Below are positions 46,720-47,892 of a stretch of 47,892 nucleotides of DNA, piece by piece. Source of the DNA: Nemertoderma westbladi. Taxonomy: Eukaryota > Animalia > Xenacoelomorpha. The notes under the pieces are model-generated. The model was given only the letters and a program-made list of their open reading frames with translations. It searched no databases and was not told the DNA's origin. Position 1 is the stretch's first letter. Each line of letters opens with the position of its first letter. The stretch spans positions 1-47,892 of the forward strand of contig JAUCBJ010006445.1 of assembly GCA_032718475.1 (NCBI GenBank), read 5' to 3'. Made by a program: the position numbers and the translations under genes.

Positions 46720-47265
46720 CGGTTTCAGTTCTAATAAACATGTTCATTTCAGTTCAAGTTTCAGTTACAGTGCCCAAAAAATAATAATTTCAGTTTCAGT
46801 TCTAATAAACCTAGGCTATTTATTTAAGTTCCAGTTCCCAAAAAAATAGTTTCAGTTCTAGTTTCAGAAATGTTTGCAGGTGTCTTGTTAATATACATAT
46901 TACACAACAAGCTGCCGTGTCCATCGTGTGGTACCTGTAGTCTGGTAGTGACTTTGAAAGTCACCCACCGATGGATCCGACTGCCATTTATTAAGTATTT
47001 ATGAACACTAAAAACGCGAATTGTACCATTTGTATAGTTATTCCCAATTTATAGATTCCGGTTATACTTTCCGTTTCAAATCTTGGGCAATTCAGTTCTA
47101 GTTCCAGTTCCAGTCCAGTAGGCCCTATTCCAAGATATAAAGTTTTAGTTCTAGTTTCAGTTTAAAAAAAATTGATTTTCAGTTCTAGTTTCAGTTCCTG
47201 TTCAGTTCACCAAAATTGTCAAAAACAATTTCAGATCGATTTCAGTTCCAGTTCAATTTCAGTTC
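46720..47265. repeat. Degenerate (TTTCAG/TTCCAG/TTCTAG)n clusters, probably sub-terminal repeats of a non-autonomous DNA element
   Basis: Two clusters (46720-46870 and 47090-47265) of hexamer-like repeats. Confidence 0.5.
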
Positions 47266-47892
47266 GCAGCACAAGATACAGCTAATGGTCTAGTACAAAT
47301 CACAAATCTATCAAGTTTCAGCTTGGACGGATTAAAAGCAAAGAAATGGGAGGATATTTAATGTTTAGACATGTCAGCATGTAGTATTGTTGAATTGATG
47401 ATGTCTGGAAGTTTCTCAAAAATAAACTTTTGGTCCTATTAACGCCTACGGTGTTTCACAGCTCTAAATGCGATAAAGTTATTAAAACGTCAAAATCGTT
47501 ACGACGATTGTTGGGTTGATGCAAAGTCCCGGCACCAACTCTCCGGTACCGGTACCCACCTGATCTCCACAGGAAGGAACAAATTATTCCAACTAATAGA
47601 ACTGTAATATTATGCAGGAAACCAGTTTAAAACATAATTGTAATGGTTAATAAAATATTATAATTAATTAAATAAAATGTAAAGCAGGGTTCCGGATCTG
47701 AGTCCCCCGGAGTCCTTTGAGTCTGAGTCCAAAAAAAATCGACAGGACTCCCAATTCAAAATTTATAATTATTTTTTGCCATGTTTATCTTTCAGTAACT
47801 TTCACTTAATTGATGGTGCATCAGTATATTTGGTTTCCTCATAAAAAAATTATATTTAACACGATTGTTTAAATTAAGCTCACGTTATTACA

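Overview
AT-rich, repeat-dense animal (probably invertebrate) genomic DNA; nothing here looks prokaryotic. The main gene is numb on the minus strand: seven coding exons between 43473 and 13926, all with GT-AG junctions and consistent phases, giving 1881 nt and 626 aa (PTB domain, NumbF region, DPF/NPF motifs, C-terminal FEINL). A convergent ORF on the plus strand (3619-4902, no intron in the CDS) encodes a type-I membrane protein with one clear and one probable Ig-like domain, an acidic stalk and a C-terminal dileucine sorting motif. About 13 kb (roughly 27%) is six large tandem arrays with 20, 35, 28, 43, 49/41 and 37 bp units. The rest contains decayed non-LTR retrotransposons, TIR elements with 4-bp TSDs, a dispersed ~250-bp element ending in G and C runs, and several hairpins. 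The best leads are an in-frame 18-nt micro-exon candidate at the position of the vertebrate Numb PTB insert, a 5.4-kb minisatellite that starts inside a numb splice donor, and the orphan Ig-like receptor. I found no strong evidence for a wholly new multi-gene system. All family assignments come from motif recognition by eye, not database searches.
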